Under the pieces are notes generated by a model, which had not been told where the DNA came from, searched no databases, and saw only the letters and a program-made list of their open reading frames with translations. Shown here in pieces: positions 41,511 to 52,085 of a DNA stretch of 64,000 nucleotides (within the stretch, counting starts at the first letter, position 1; every line of letters begins with the position of its first letter). This DNA comes from an uncultured cyanobacterium (GTDB lineage Bacteria; Cyanobacteriota; Cyanobacteriia; Cyanobacteriales; CAWCAG01). The stretch spans positions 32,001 to 96,000 of the forward strand of contig CAWDOD010000002.1 in the NCBI GenBank assembly GCA_963803805.1, given 5' to 3'. The position numbers were made by a program, and so were the translations under genes.

Positions 41511-43772
41511 TTGAAACGCTTGTTTATCCAGAAGGCCAAACCTACTAATCCCTGTCCAGTAGACTCTTTAGGAGATATGGCCAATCTCTCTCAAAAAGCT
41601 CTTACTGAAGACATCCTTGTTTCTAATGAAGGCAACCGTAGAGCTTTCACCTCTGCTGCCATGATTGGATTAGCTATATCGATGGGAGCCACAGGTATAT
41701 TGCTACCTAGTCAAGGAGATGAGGCTGTAGCGGCTGAATCATCTTTGGCTGAAACGGCGATTACACCAGAGGAAGTAGATAGTCTCTCTCAAACCACATC
41801 AGATTGGGAAACTGCTGCTGTTTCTACCCAAGAACAGCCAGAAGACCTCTCTGTGGTAGAAGAAACAGAAGAAGCTTTAGTTGAAAGCCAAGATTTTGTT
41901 GTACAACCTACTCTCGAAATAGAGCCAGAGCAGGAAATAGCTAAAGCTCCCCAAAACCATCATCAGCATGAAGTTAAATCTGGGGAAACTCTCTGGCAAA
42001 TATCTAAAGCATATCAAGTAACTCCTGAAGCAATAGCCGCTTCTAATCAAATTGCTCCTACTTCTAACCTTTCTGTGGGGCAGAAGTTAGATATTCCTCA
42101 AACCAACGGTATTGTTCATCAAGTAGAAGCTAGTGAGACAGTAGCATCTTTATCTCAAGACTACGGAATAGAGTCTGAAGAGATTGCTTCCTCTGTCGCC
42201 GAAGGGGAACTAGTAACTATTCCTGGTGAAGTAGACACTTTACTCAAAAACAGACAAGAAACTGCCCTAGAAAATCTTAAGCAACAGCAGGGTGAGCTAA
42301 AAGATAGCTTAGCTAAGCTACAGACAGACCCAGAGCCAAATGAACAAATACAGGCTCCTCAAATAATCGCTTCACCATCTACTCCCAAAGAACCACAATC
42401 AGTAATCATCCCCGTACCCCAACCGGAAAACTCAGCTACAGTACAACAGACAGTTGCTAGGCAAGTTCCTGTCACAATTCCCGTTCCTACACCGCAAGAG
42501 CAACCAGAACTTAATTCGGAAACCACAAGCCAAACTCCAGTAGTTGTTCCCCCTGTAACCGTAGCCACCGAAGCTACCAAAGTGCATCGTGTTAAACCAG
42601 GAGAAACCGTTGACGAAATTGCTCGTCAGTATGGCTTGAGTTTGACAGAGCTAGTCGAGGCCAATCAACTTGATAATCCTAACCGAATAGTTATTAACCA
42701 AGAAATAACTATTCCTACTCCTCAAGTTGCCCGTAGCGCTCGCCAAAGCCTTGAAAGTAAAGTAGCTGTTAATGCTCTTCCTGGAGTTACTAGTAGTCAA
42801 CCAGAAGTTCTGCCCCAGGAGATAGAGGTTTCCCCGTCTCCCCTCCAGCAAGATATTGTCAGACTACAAGCAGAATATAAGCCTCAGCAGCAAGTTAATA
42901 CCCTGGTAGCCTCTGCTGATACTTCTGCTAGAACTGAGGTTGCTGCACAGATCAATACTGAGTGGCAAACAGACAGTAGCAATGGTCAAGTTTTGGTTGT
43001 AGAAGTACAGGATCTGCGGGAAAACGTTATTAGTAGGCAGCCTGTTCAAAAGCCGATTTTGAGCGAAATTAGCTCCATACCAGTACCAACTTCTACTGAG
43101 AAAACAGATAAAGTTGAAGTAACAGCCCCTACAGCTAACTCCCTAAGACCAATATCTGCTCAGAAGCCTAACAATAACGCCGCTATTTCCATACCAGTAA
43201 CACTTCCTGTTCAAAATCAAGAGGAAGAGGAGATAGTAGCAAGCGAAGAACGAAAAACCGTAGCAGTAGCTCCTGCCCCGGCTGAAACTTATAACTCTTT
43301 GCTTAAGCCTCCAGTAGGAGAGGTTGTCAGTCCTGACTTACCTCCTCTATCTGCACCAGGTGAATACCTTCCTGATAGTCCAGCCCTTTGGAATGGCCGC
43401 CATAGCTGGCCTGCTAAGGGTGTTCTAACCTCTGGTTATGGTATGCGCTGGGGAAGGATGCACAAAGGTATTGATATTGCAGCCCCCACTGGAACCCCTA
43501 TTGTGGCTTCTGCACCTGGAGAAGTTATTACAGCAGGTTGGAACTCTGGCGGTTATGGCAATTTAGTAGAAATTCGCCATCCTGATGGTACGATGACTCG
43601 CTATGGTCACAATAGCCGCATTGTGGTCAGAAAGGGGCAAGAAGTGGAACAAGGTCAACATATTTCTGATATGGGTAGTACTGGCTACAGTACAGGACCT
43701 CATTTACACTTTGAAGTCCATCCTGGTGGTGAGAGTGCGGTTAACCCCATGGCCTACTTACCTAAACGCTAA
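41511..43772 (+). CDS. LysM + M23 peptidase (NlpD-like)
   Basis: LysM repeats (HEVKSGETLW, HRVKPGETV); M23 HKGIDIA, HNS, STGPHLHFE. Start placed at TTG 41511 after AGGAGG (the ORF extends upstream to 41424). Confidence 0.9.
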   Translation: MKRLFIQKAKPTNPCPVDSLGDMANLSQKALTEDILVSNEGNRRAFTSAAMIGLAISMGATGILLPSQGDEAVAAESSLAETAITPEEVDSLSQTTSDWETAAVSTQEQPEDLSVVEETEEALVESQDFVVQPTLEIEPEQEIAKAPQNHHQHEVKSGETLWQISKAYQVTPEAIAASNQIAPTSNLSVGQKLDIPQTNGIVHQVEASETVASLSQDYGIESEEIASSVAEGELVTIPGEVDTLLKNRQETALENLKQQQGELKDSLAKLQTDPEPNEQIQAPQIIASPSTPKEPQSVIIPVPQPENSATVQQTVARQVPVTIPVPTPQEQPELNSETTSQTPVVVPPVTVATEATKVHRVKPGETVDEIARQYGLSLTELVEANQLDNPNRIVINQEITIPTPQVARSARQSLESKVAVNALPGVTSSQPEVLPQEIEVSPSPLQQDIVRLQAEYKPQQQVNTLVASADTSARTEVAAQINTEWQTDSSNGQVLVVEVQDLRENVISRQPVQKPILSEISSIPVPTSTEKTDKVEVTAPTANSLRPISAQKPNNNAAISIPVTLPVQNQEEEEIVASEERKTVAVAPAPAETYNSLLKPPVGEVVSPDLPPLSAPGEYLPDSPALWNGRHSWPAKGVLTSGYGMRWGRMHKGIDIAAPTGTPIVASAPGEVITAGWNSGGYGNLVEIRHPDGTMTRYGHNSRIVVRKGQEVEQGQHISDMGSTGYSTGPHLHFEVHPGGESAVNPMAYLPKR

Positions 43773-43798
43773 TTTAACTCAATAGCGAAACAATCAAT

Positions 43799-43829
43799 AA
43801 AGGGGAGTCGTTGTACTCCCCTTTGTTTT
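43799..43829 (+). terminator. intrinsic terminator
   Basis: AAAGGGGAGT...ACTCCCCTTT followed by GTTTT. Confidence 0.75.
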
Positions 43830-43890
43830 GAATAAAATTAGATTAGATGAGCTTTCTTGTGTTAAAATCAGAAACTGTTGTTAAGATCAT

Positions 43891-43964
43891 GGCTCAGTAG
43901 CTCAGTTGGTTAGAGCAGGGGACTCATAAGCCCAAGGTCGGCAGTTCAAATCTGCCTTGAGCCA
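43891..43964 (+). tRNA. tRNA-Met(CAT), elongator type
   Basis: Acceptor GGCTCAG/TTGAGCC, D-arm AGCTCAGTTGGTTAGAGC, anticodon loop CTCATAA, T-loop TTCAAAT. CCA not encoded. Confidence 0.93.
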
Positions 43965-43999
43965 TTTTTACAGAGAAAGGGAAAGCAAGACACAAATGG

Positions 44000-45235
44000 T
44001 CATTGGCCATTAGCAATTAGCAAAACTGATTGTAGTAAGCCGATGACGAAACCGAGAATCCCCCCTAAGTTGACAATAGCTTGTAATTCACTTTTGACAA
44101 TACCTTGAACAGCTACTTCTAACTCTTGGGCGGAGGTTGATTCTACCTTGTCGGTAATTAGTTTGTCGATAGAGAGAATCGGAATAATTTGAGCAATAAT
44201 TTTTTCTAGGTCTTCTTCTAAGTAACGTTCTAAAATAAGAGCTAATTCTTGACTAACTACTTCTAAGGAGGTATTGACAGCTTTCGAGTCACGCAATCTA
44301 TTGATAATTAAGACAGATACTTTTTGCCAATCCACCGACTCACCTAAATCTTGTAAAAACTCAGTACCCTTTTCTTGAATGTAACTACGTACTGTTTCCC
44401 TGATGGTTTTCCTTAGTTGTCTGACGGTAGAGACAGGAAGATTTTGTAAGGAGAAACTTTGTAGCCAAAATTGAAGGCGATCGCGCACTTCCAAAGATAA
44501 AGTTAGTTCTTCGAGGCGGGCATTGGCAGTTTCTTTTTCTTCAATACAAAATAAGCGTAAGCGAGTTAAACTATTGCGTAACCCAAAGAGATTAGCAAAT
44601 ACCCAATAAGTACCGCTAGATTTTTCCCGGAAACCCTCATCAATAATGGCAATATTGCGGTCAGTCAGGAAATCGATAATCGCCTGTCGTAGCAAGTCTG
44701 GGGGAATGACGGTTTGGAGTAACCAATTGGAAAGTTTTCTCGCTTGTAAGGGGCGAAGCTGAAAATCTAAGAGAACTTTGTCAAATATTTGATTAATCTG
44801 CACCTCCAGAAAGTCTTCGCTTCGCGCCCAAACCTTAAGCAGACGGGGTAAAGATTGTCCTACCAAGTCTTGCAGGATATTAGCAAGAACTTTAGCGGTT
44901 TTCTGTTCTTTGTCTGCTTGAACTTGTTCGAGGGACAATTGTAGTAACCAAAAAATGGCCCCTTTAACCCTTTCTGTTTTCAGCAAACGCTTAGCCAGGT
45001 TTTGCAATTCTGTGGGGGTTAGCAAAGAACCCATGATGGTATCAGAAACTCTTTTGGCTAAACGGCCTTGATTACGGGGAATTAAGCCGGGAGTAAATGG
45101 TAAGGGCTTTTTAGCAAAATAAATAGTTCGGTACGGCCGAAAAAGCATTTTGATGGCTAAATCGTTCGTGAAATAGCCAATAATACCTCCTGCTACAGGG
45201 GGCAATAAGATAAACCAAAAATTAGATAAATCCAA
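44000..45235 (-). CDS. DUF445 family membrane protein
   Basis: [19 protein letters not shown] ... [14 protein letters not shown]. Confidence 0.9.
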   Translation of the reverse strand: MDLSNFWFILLPPVAGGIIGYFTNDLAIKMLFRPYRTIYFAKKPLPFTPGLIPRNQGRLAKRVSDTIMGSLLTPTELQNLAKRLLKTERVKGAIFWLLQLSLEQVQADKEQKTAKVLANILQDLVGQSLPRLLKVWARSEDFLEVQINQIFDKVLLDFQLRPLQARKLSNWLLQTVIPPDLLRQAIIDFLTDRNIAIIDEGFREKSSGTYWVFANLFGLRNSLTRLRLFCIEEKETANARLEELTLSLEVRDRLQFWLQSFSLQNLPVSTVRQLRKTIRETVRSYIQEKGTEFLQDLGESVDWQKVSVLIINRLRDSKAVNTSLEVVSQELALILERYLEEDLEKIIAQIIPILSIDKLITDKVESTSAQELEVAVQGIVKSELQAIVNLGGILGFVIGLLQSVLLIANGQ

Positions 45236-45327
45236 TGTTAAATATTAGACAACATTCAAGAAAAACTAGGGGATAAGAATAACCAGCTAGGTTAGGTTAG
45301 TTATGCTTAACTCACTAATCATTTATT

Positions 45328-46023
45328 TTAAGCTTTTCTTAGAACTAAGACTCCCATCGTGCCGCCGGCAAGAGGATAATGAACAGCTTTTTGGAATCCT
45401 GCTGCCAGGGCTAAGTTAATTTGCTTTTCTCCATTGGGGAAACGTTCTAAACTAGGAGCGATGTAAGCATATTCTTCTGTTACACCAAAATGTTGGGCGG
45501 TGGGAACCACAATATTTTCTAAGTACCAGCTTTGAAATAGCTGCATAAATAGTTGGCTAGGTTGGTGAAAGTCGAGAATAGCTGCTTTGCCACCAGTTTG
45601 AAGTATTCGGAACAGTTCTTTTAAGCAAAGGGGAATATTAGTAACGTTACGCAAACCGTAGCCCATGGTGGCACAGTTAAAATAGTTATCCTCAAAGGGC
45701 AAGTTAAGGGCATCTCCTTGCATCCAGGTTATCGGGAGATGGGTAGATTTTTCTTGGGCCACAGCTAATAAGTCAGCAGAAAAATCAAGACCAATTATTT
45801 CCCCTTGAGAACCTATTTTTTTAGCCAATATGCGAGTCAAATCCCCACTGCCACAACAAATATCTAACCCCTTGTCCCCTGGTTGAGGTTCTACCCATTT
45901 GACTGTCATCAGTTTCCAAATTCTATGTTGCCCAAGGCTTAACCAATCGTTCATCTGGTCGTATACTGGGGCAATACGGTTAAAGATGGTTTGGATTTCG
46001 GAGGCGGTAATTTTATTTGGCAT
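45328..46023 (-). CDS. menG: demethylphylloquinol/demethylmenaquinone methyltransferase
   Basis: F.RIAPVYD.MND.LSLG.H..WK, DICCGSGD, GYGLRNV. Confidence 0.9.
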   Translation of the reverse strand: MPNKITASEIQTIFNRIAPVYDQMNDWLSLGQHRIWKLMTVKWVEPQPGDKGLDICCGSGDLTRILAKKIGSQGEIIGLDFSADLLAVAQEKSTHLPITWMQGDALNLPFEDNYFNCATMGYGLRNVTNIPLCLKELFRILQTGGKAAILDFHQPSQLFMQLFQSWYLENIVVPTAQHFGVTEEYAYIAPSLERFPNGEKQINLALAAGFQKAVHYPLAGGTMGVLVLRKA

Positions 46024-46149
46024 TTTGCTAGTTAGCTGATGTGCATTTAAACCACATATTATTAAACATTGAACATTAAACTTTTACAGCGTCTCCTCGT
46101 CTCCCTTTACAAGTAATGAATTTTGAAAAGTTGTTGGTGTATTTACTGA

Positions 46150-46379
46150 ATTTCGCGCGGCAGGGTAGGTCACAGAATGGCGGTTGAGCAGAAAATAGCG
46201 GAAAACAGCTTGGAGAGGGACTTTCAGTTATTTTTGTTTTTGAGAGAGCCGCGCACCTTATACAGCCAGGGTTTTAGCGTTTTGACCTTGTTTTTTGGAG
46301 TCGGTTGTGATAACTTTATAGGCGTACCGCGCAAATGTACCTTGAAAACCAAATACATTAAGGGTTTCAAACTACCGCA
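46150..46379 (+). promoter_or_regulatory. CRISPR leader
   Basis: Non-coding region before repeat 1 with GCGCGG (46155) and CCGCGCA (46249, 46327) motifs, plus a TTGAAAACC..GGGTTTCAA inverted repeat next to the array. The degenerate repeat is at the opposite end. Confidence 0.75.
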
Positions 46380-46780
46380 GTTGCAATTTCCTATAATCCC
46401 TATGAGGGATTGAAACAAATTGCTTTCGCTATTTCGATGAGGAAATCCCTGTTGCAATTTCCTATAATCCCTATGAGGGATTGAAACTAACAAAGTTTGA
46501 AGTGAATAAAAGCTAATCCAAGCCCGTTGCAATTTCCTATAATCCCTATGAGGGATTGAAACACCTCAAAATCCACCTCAACCCACTATGGCATAGAAGT
46601 TGCAATTTCCTATAATCCCTATGAGGGATTGAAACATCAACTTTATTAAAAAGTAGTAATCCCCCTCTTGTTGCAATTTCCTATAATCCCTATGAGGGAT
46701 TGAAACTCAATCTCTTCTATAGAATCCTTAGTCGGAGAAAATAGTTGCAATTTCCTATAATCCCTATGAGGGATTGAAAT
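46380..46780 (+). CRISPR. CRISPR array, 6 repeats/5 spacers, 37-bp repeat GTTGCAATTTCCTATAATCCCTATGAGGGATTGAAAC (type I-D-like)
   Basis: Repeats start at 46380, 46451, 46526, 46599, 46670 and 46744 (the last ends in T). Spacers are 34, 38, 36, 34 and 37 nt. Internal hairpin AATCCCT/AGGGATT. Confidence 0.98.
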
Positions 46781-47092
46781 GCTATAGTAGCGGCAGGAAA
46801 ACTGGGCAACTGGCAACAAATCACCCAGCATCTTTGAACCATTTCCTCATATCTCAATATGCTGGTGGGTGGAAGTGCAGACTACTCCTCATTTTGCATT
46901 TAATCATCGCAAAGCGATCGCCTTAATTACTTTTTAGCCCATCCCTTTCGCGCCAAAAATATCAACTTTCATATTGCTCAAATTCTCCTCTAGAGAAAAT
47001 TATTAACCTTTGCCTCAATGTAACTGCCTACTCTCCGCCCATTTCCTCACAAAAGCAGATTAAAATTAGGTTTACAATTAGAATAAAAGATT

Positions 47093-48454
47093 ATGAATTT
47101 ACCAATAGTTGCTATTATTGGTCGCCCTAACGTCGGCAAATCAACCTTGGTTAATCGTTTTGCCAGCACCAGCAACGCCATTGTTCACGACGAACCAGGT
47201 ATCACTCGCGATCGCATTTATCAACCAGCTTTTTGGCAAGATCGAGACTTTTTGGTAGTAGATACAGGAGGGTTGGTATTTGATGATAATACCGAATTTC
47301 TCCCCTTAATTAGGGAACAAGCCTTCGCAGCCTTAGCAGAAGCCAGTGTCGGGGTTTTCGTCGTCGATGGTCAAACTGGCCCAACCGCAGGGGATCTCGA
47401 AATTGCTGATTGGTTACGGCAGCAAAATGTACCGATTCTTTTAGCAGTTAATAAATGCGAATCTGTTGACCAAGGAATTGTCCAAGCGGCACAGTTTTGG
47501 GAACTTGGTTTAGGGGAACCCTACCCTGTCTCAGGTATTCATGGTAGTGGTACAGGGGAATTATTAGACAAATTAATTACTTATCTGCCGCCTAACGATA
47601 CTCTGCCTGATAATCAAGAAATCAAAGTAGCTATCGTTGGTCGTCCTAATGTAGGTAAGTCTAGCTTACTTAATGCTTTTACGGGGCAATCTCGTTCTAT
47701 AGTTAGTCCTATTTCTGGTACAACTCGCGATGCCATTGATATGGTAGTAGAAAGAGGAGATAAGGTTTATCGTTTAATTGATACAGCGGGTATTCGTAAA
47801 AAGAAAAATGTTGAATATGGAGCGGAGTTTTTCGGTATTAACCGGGCTTTTAAAGCAATTCGCCGTGCTGATGTAGTTTTAATTGTTATTGATGCAGTGG
47901 ATGGGATTACAGAACAAGATCAAAAACTAGCTAATCGTGTTATTGAAGAAGGAAGGGCTGCTGTTATTGTTGTTAACAAATGGGACGCAGTAGATAAAGA
48001 TTCTTATACTATTTATGAGTATAAAAAACACGTTGATGATCGCTTTTATTTCTTAACCTGGGCAGAAAAGATTTTTGTCAGTGCTTTAACTGGACAACGA
48101 GTAGAAAAAATACTTGATTTAGTTGATACGGCGGCTGTTGCCCATTCCCGTAGAGTCAGTACTTCAGTCATTAATGAAGTTATTCAAGAAGCAATTACTT
48201 GGCACTCTGCCCCCACCACCCGCCAAGGAAAACAAGGTAAAGTTTATTACGGAACTCAAGTTAGAACTCAGCCACCAACTATTACTCTTTTTGTTAATGA
48301 TCCTAAGCGTTTTACAGAAAACTATCGCCGTTATATGGAACGTCAATTTAGAATTTCTTTGGGTTTTACTGGTACTCCCATGCGTTTATTATGGCGAGGT
48401 AAGAAAGTCCGAGAAGTAGAAAATAGAGGGGCAAATCGCGCTGTTAAAGTTTAG
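47093..48454 (+). CDS. der: ribosome biogenesis GTPase Der (EngA)
   Basis: Two GRPNVGKS G-domains and a KH-like C-terminus. Confidence 0.97.
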   Translation: MNLPIVAIIGRPNVGKSTLVNRFASTSNAIVHDEPGITRDRIYQPAFWQDRDFLVVDTGGLVFDDNTEFLPLIREQAFAALAEASVGVFVVDGQTGPTAGDLEIADWLRQQNVPILLAVNKCESVDQGIVQAAQFWELGLGEPYPVSGIHGSGTGELLDKLITYLPPNDTLPDNQEIKVAIVGRPNVGKSSLLNAFTGQSRSIVSPISGTTRDAIDMVVERGDKVYRLIDTAGIRKKKNVEYGAEFFGINRAFKAIRRADVVLIVIDAVDGITEQDQKLANRVIEEGRAAVIVVNKWDAVDKDSYTIYEYKKHVDDRFYFLTWAEKIFVSALTGQRVEKILDLVDTAAVAHSRRVSTSVINEVIQEAITWHSAPTTRQGKQGKVYYGTQVRTQPPTITLFVNDPKRFTENYRRYMERQFRISLGFTGTPMRLLWRGKKVREVENRGANRAVKV

Positions 48455-48467
48455 GGATTTTTGAGTA

Positions 48468-49445
48468 ATGGATTTATTGCGATCGCTTCCTATTGGTCTT
48501 TATTTAGAACAACCCATAACTTGGCTTCATAACTTAGATCCTAGAGTTAAGTTAGCCTGGTTAATGAGCTTTTTAATCGCCCCTATTTTAGCCAATCCTT
48601 TTTGGCGTTTAGGCTTAACTTTACTGCTGATTTTATTAACTATCTCTGCGGCGATTCCCCTAAGAGTTTGGCGACAGCAAATGGGTTGGTTATTAACCCT
48701 CTGTTTCTTTATCTTTGTAATTACTTGTATTGCCCCTGATGGCTTAGCCGTTGAACATACTAATCGCCTGCCTGCCCAAGAACTAACTTTCCCTCCCTCA
48801 ACTGCGAAGGAAAAAGCAACAGATAGTCCTTGGTATAATCCTTTTGGATGGGGACAAAAGAAAGTTCAGAAAAATGCTCAGAAAATCGAAAGTAGTCCTG
48901 ATAGTTATCACTACGTTATCTTTGAGAAAGGAAGGATTAAAATAACTAGACGCTCCCTCGATTTGGGAATCAGGATTAGCACAATATTTTTCACTTTAAT
49001 TTATAGCACTAACCTTTATCTCTTAACCACCGCTCCGGAAGAAATAACTGCTGGTTTAGAAGATTTAATGGCTCCTTTGCGGCGTTTTAAAATACCTGTA
49101 ACTGAAATTGCTCTTACTCTAACTCTGTCTTTACGCTTCATTCCTCTAGTCTTAGAAGAAGTACAAAATTTAGTTCGTTCTATTCGTACTAGGGCTATTA
49201 ATTGGAAAAAACTAGGTGTTCGCAAAAGCTTACAAGTTTGGTTAATGGTGACAGAAAAACTCCTAGAAAATCTCCTTCTAAGAGCAGAACAAATTGCAGT
49301 TGCTATGAATATAAGGGGCTTCACCACTCCCAATACACATCGTGTCCTCTGGCATCAATTACGTTTAACTTGGAAAGACTGGTTAACTTTAGCAACCTTG
49401 GTAATTTTCTGGAGTGCTAGATTTATTTGGGGTGGAATGAGTTAA
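48468..49445 (+). CDS. ECF transporter T component (Ycf92-like)
   Basis: LRSLPIGLYLE, DPRVKL, SLRFIPLVLEE, AMNIRGF; follows der. Confidence 0.85.
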   Translation: MDLLRSLPIGLYLEQPITWLHNLDPRVKLAWLMSFLIAPILANPFWRLGLTLLLILLTISAAIPLRVWRQQMGWLLTLCFFIFVITCIAPDGLAVEHTNRLPAQELTFPPSTAKEKATDSPWYNPFGWGQKKVQKNAQKIESSPDSYHYVIFEKGRIKITRRSLDLGIRISTIFFTLIYSTNLYLLTTAPEEITAGLEDLMAPLRRFKIPVTEIALTLTLSLRFIPLVLEEVQNLVRSIRTRAINWKKLGVRKSLQVWLMVTEKLLENLLLRAEQIAVAMNIRGFTTPNTHRVLWHQLRLTWKDWLTLATLVIFWSARFIWGGMS

Positions 49446-49502
49446 GATCATCAAATATTGAAAATTTATCAACTAAAAATACAACTTCAGTATGTGTCAA
49501 AC

Positions 49503-49530
49503 CTTAATTTTTAATTTTTAATTTTTAATT
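49503..49530. repeat. short tandem heptamer repeat (STRR-like); similar tracts near 15760, 18673, 31398, 56027
   Basis: (AATTTTT)n here; (TTATTAC)n at ~31398 and (ATCAGTT)-like at ~56030. Confidence 0.6.
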
Positions 49531-49556
49531 AACGCTGCTCCCCACGCCCTTCTTAT

Positions 49557-50925
49557 ATGACAAATTGGTATTGGCGATCACTACCGTTAGAAAGTCATAC
49601 TGGTTCAGAAGTTTTTGCTATTCTTTTTCTTAAAAGTAATCGCATAGCAACACTTCTAGAAAGTCCTTTTCCTGCTCCTCAACCGCAATTATCTCGCTAC
49701 TCTATATGTGCTGGTTCTCCTCGTCTTAATCACCAAGGTAAACCTCAACTTTGGACTCCTCAAACAGGAAAAATTCTGCCTTTTTTACAAAGCTTGCTAG
49801 CAAAAAACAAGCAGGAAAAGGAACCAAACTTTCTCCCTTTTCAAGGTGGTTGCTTAGGTTGGCTAGGTTATGACTTAGCTTGGGAAATTGAAAAATTACC
49901 CCAATTAAACAGCAATCCTCTACCCTTTCCCATCGCTTACTGGTATGAACCCGCCTCTTTTGCTGTATTAGAATCATCTCCAACAAACTCTGTGGTTAGC
50001 AGCAAGTAAACCAAAAGAACTAAACCAACTCCAACAAGATTGGGAGACAAAGAAAAAACATCTAGAAACAATTTCTCCCATCATCCAATCCTCCCCCATT
50101 TCCTTCCTCACCTCCCAAGCAGACTACCAAGATGCTGTGGTACTAGCTAAGGAATATATTCAAAAAGGGGATATTTTTCAAACCAACCTCTCTTTGCGCT
50201 TTCAAACCTCAGCAAACGCCCCTAGCTGGTCAATTTATCGGCAGCTACAGACTATTAATCCTTCCCCCTTCGCCAGCTACTGGCAAACTCCTTGGGGAAC
50301 AGTAATTAGCTGTTCTCCAGAAAGATTAGTGCAACTGAAAGGGGAACAAGCCCAAACTAGGCCTATTGCTGGAACGCGATCGCGGGGTAAAACCCGACAA
50401 AAAGATCAACAACTAACAGAAGAACTACTCACCAACACCAAAGAAAGAGCAGAACATATCATGTTGGTGGATTTAGAAAGAAATGATTTAGGCAAAGTCT
50501 GTCAATGGGGTTCGGTGGAAGTAGACGAACTATTAACCATCGAAAAATATAGCCATGTTATGCACTTAGTAAGTAATGTCAGAGGCATTCTCCAAAGCAA
50601 TCTTGATGCCGTAGACTTAATCAAAGCCACATTTCCAGGAGGAACTATTACAGGTTGTCCTAAAGTTCGTTGTCTGGAAATTATAGAAGAACTAGAACCC
50701 CTACGACGAAATCTTTTCTACGGTTCCTGCGGCTATATCGACTATCGAGGTAATTTAGAACTAAATATTTTAATTCGTACCCTCCTTGTCTGTGGTTCCA
50801 CTGTCTGGGGGCAAGTAGGGGCAGGAATAGTCGCTGATAGCGATCCAGAAAGAGAATGGCAAGAATCTCTCCATAAAGCTGAGGCACAATTAGCTGCTTT
50901 AGGGAATATTAAAATACCTCTTTAG
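49557..50925 (+). pseudogene. anthranilate synthase component I / PabB family, split by +1 frameshift at ~49972 (or sequence error)
   Basis: N-part LLESP..GGCLGWLGYD; C-part GDIFQ.NL, SPERL, RPIAGT, AEHIMLVDLERND, GAGIVADS. Removing one A in TTAGAATCAT restores ..AVLDHLQQTLWLA.. in a single frame. Confidence 0.85.
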
Positions 50926-51111
50926 CCTCCAACAACAAAATTCTTCAAAAGAATGACCCCGAATCAAGCTATTATCAACTCTAGTTCGTTCTTTTTGAGG
51001 AACGCTTTTATCTGTGTAAAACTGCTTATTATCATAAAGCAGAACATTTTCTCAAAGCGGTTTCCGATCATCCATCTCTAAATGAGATGGGCATTCTGCT
51101 TATTGAGCTTG

Positions 51112-51381
51112 ATGAATACTGAAACCTATCTCAATCACCCAACTTTTGGTCTACTATATAAAGTCTGTCCCATCGACGAACAGCAGGAATTGTACACAAC
51201 ACTCTATGCCCAACGGCTGTTTTTTTGTGTCAAATCTAATGCTGAACGTTTTTCATTTGAACCACTCAGCCGCTCTGACGCTCGCTTACTTGTGGAAACC
51301 CGCTTGCGAAAAATTCGCCGTTTAGGGACTCCACAAGAGTACGAACAACTACATCTTATCCACCAACGAACTTTCCAATGA
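51112..51381 (+). CDS. pipX: PII-interacting protein X
   Basis: ETYLNHPTFGLL, TTLYAQRLFF. Confidence 0.95.
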   Translation: MNTETYLNHPTFGLLYKVCPIDEQQELYTTLYAQRLFFCVKSNAERFSFEPLSRSDARLLVETRLRKIRRLGTPQEYEQLHLIHQRTFQ

Positions 51382-51413
51382 GATAGAACAGTAGTTTTAG
51401 TAAATTCCCTTTA

Positions 51414-52085
51414 ATGACCGGCTCAATTACCCAGCGTATTGCTCAAATTAAACAACAGCTACCTCCCCGTGTTCGTCTAATTGCTGTCACTAAAACAGTT
51501 TCTCCTCAAAAGATGCGAGAAGCTTACGCTACAGGAATTCGCGATTTCGGGGAGAGCCGTTTATCTGAAGCAATAGAAAAAAAAGAACAACTCCAGGATT
51601 TACCAGATATTTGCTGGCATTTTATTGGTCACTTACAGAGTAATAAAGTTAAAAAAGCTCTAGAGAGTTTTCAATGGATTCATAGCTGTGATAGCCTCAA
51701 GCTAGCAAAAAGATTAAATCGCTTAGCCGGAGAATTAGGTCGCCAGCCCAAGATTTGCTTACAAGTGAAAATCTTAAAAGACCCCAATAAATATGGCTGG
51801 GAAGTAGAAGCATTATTGGCAGATTTACCGGAGCTAGAACGCTGCTATAACTTAGATATTCAAGGTTTGATGACCATTCTCCCTTTAGGATTATCTGCCT
51901 CTAAAACCCTAGAAGCTTTTGAAGCAACTCGCGAACTAGCAGTAAAGATAGCTCAACAACATTCCTCTAGTTTGCCCCTAGAGGAACTTTCAATGGGAAT
52001 GTCTGGAGATTACCAACTAGCCATACAAGCAGGAGCAACAATGGTACGTTTGGGTAGGACTATTTTCGGAGAAAGGCCGCCTTAA
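51414..52085 (+). CDS. pipY: PLP-binding protein PipY (YggS/COG0325)
   Basis: LIAVTK, WHFIGHLQSNK, LSMGMSGDY, RLGRTIFG; follows pipX. Confidence 0.94.
   Translation: MTGSITQRIAQIKQQLPPRVRLIAVTKTVSPQKMREAYATGIRDFGESRLSEAIEKKEQLQDLPDICWHFIGHLQSNKVKKALESFQWIHSCDSLKLAKRLNRLAGELGRQPKICLQVKILKDPNKYGWEVEALLADLPELERCYNLDIQGLMTILPLGLSASKTLEAFEATRELAVKIAQQHSSSLPLEELSMGMSGDYQLAIQAGATMVRLGRTIFGERPP

Noticed and set aside
43891..46780. tRNA-anchored genomic island including the CRISPR array
   Set aside because: No integrase and no duplicated tRNA 3' end; the intervening genes are conserved chromosomal genes (DUF445, menG).
46177..46831. ORFs at 46177, 46224 and 46646
   Set aside because: They are translations of the CRISPR leader and repeats, not genes.
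46781..47092. Possible tracrRNA/anti-repeat after the array
   Set aside because: No extended complementarity to the repeat; only a generic hairpin (CACCCAGCAT/ATGCTGG..GGGTG).
51016..51029. GTA-N8-TAT upstream of pipX
   Set aside because: Imperfect NtcA consensus with no supporting -10 box.
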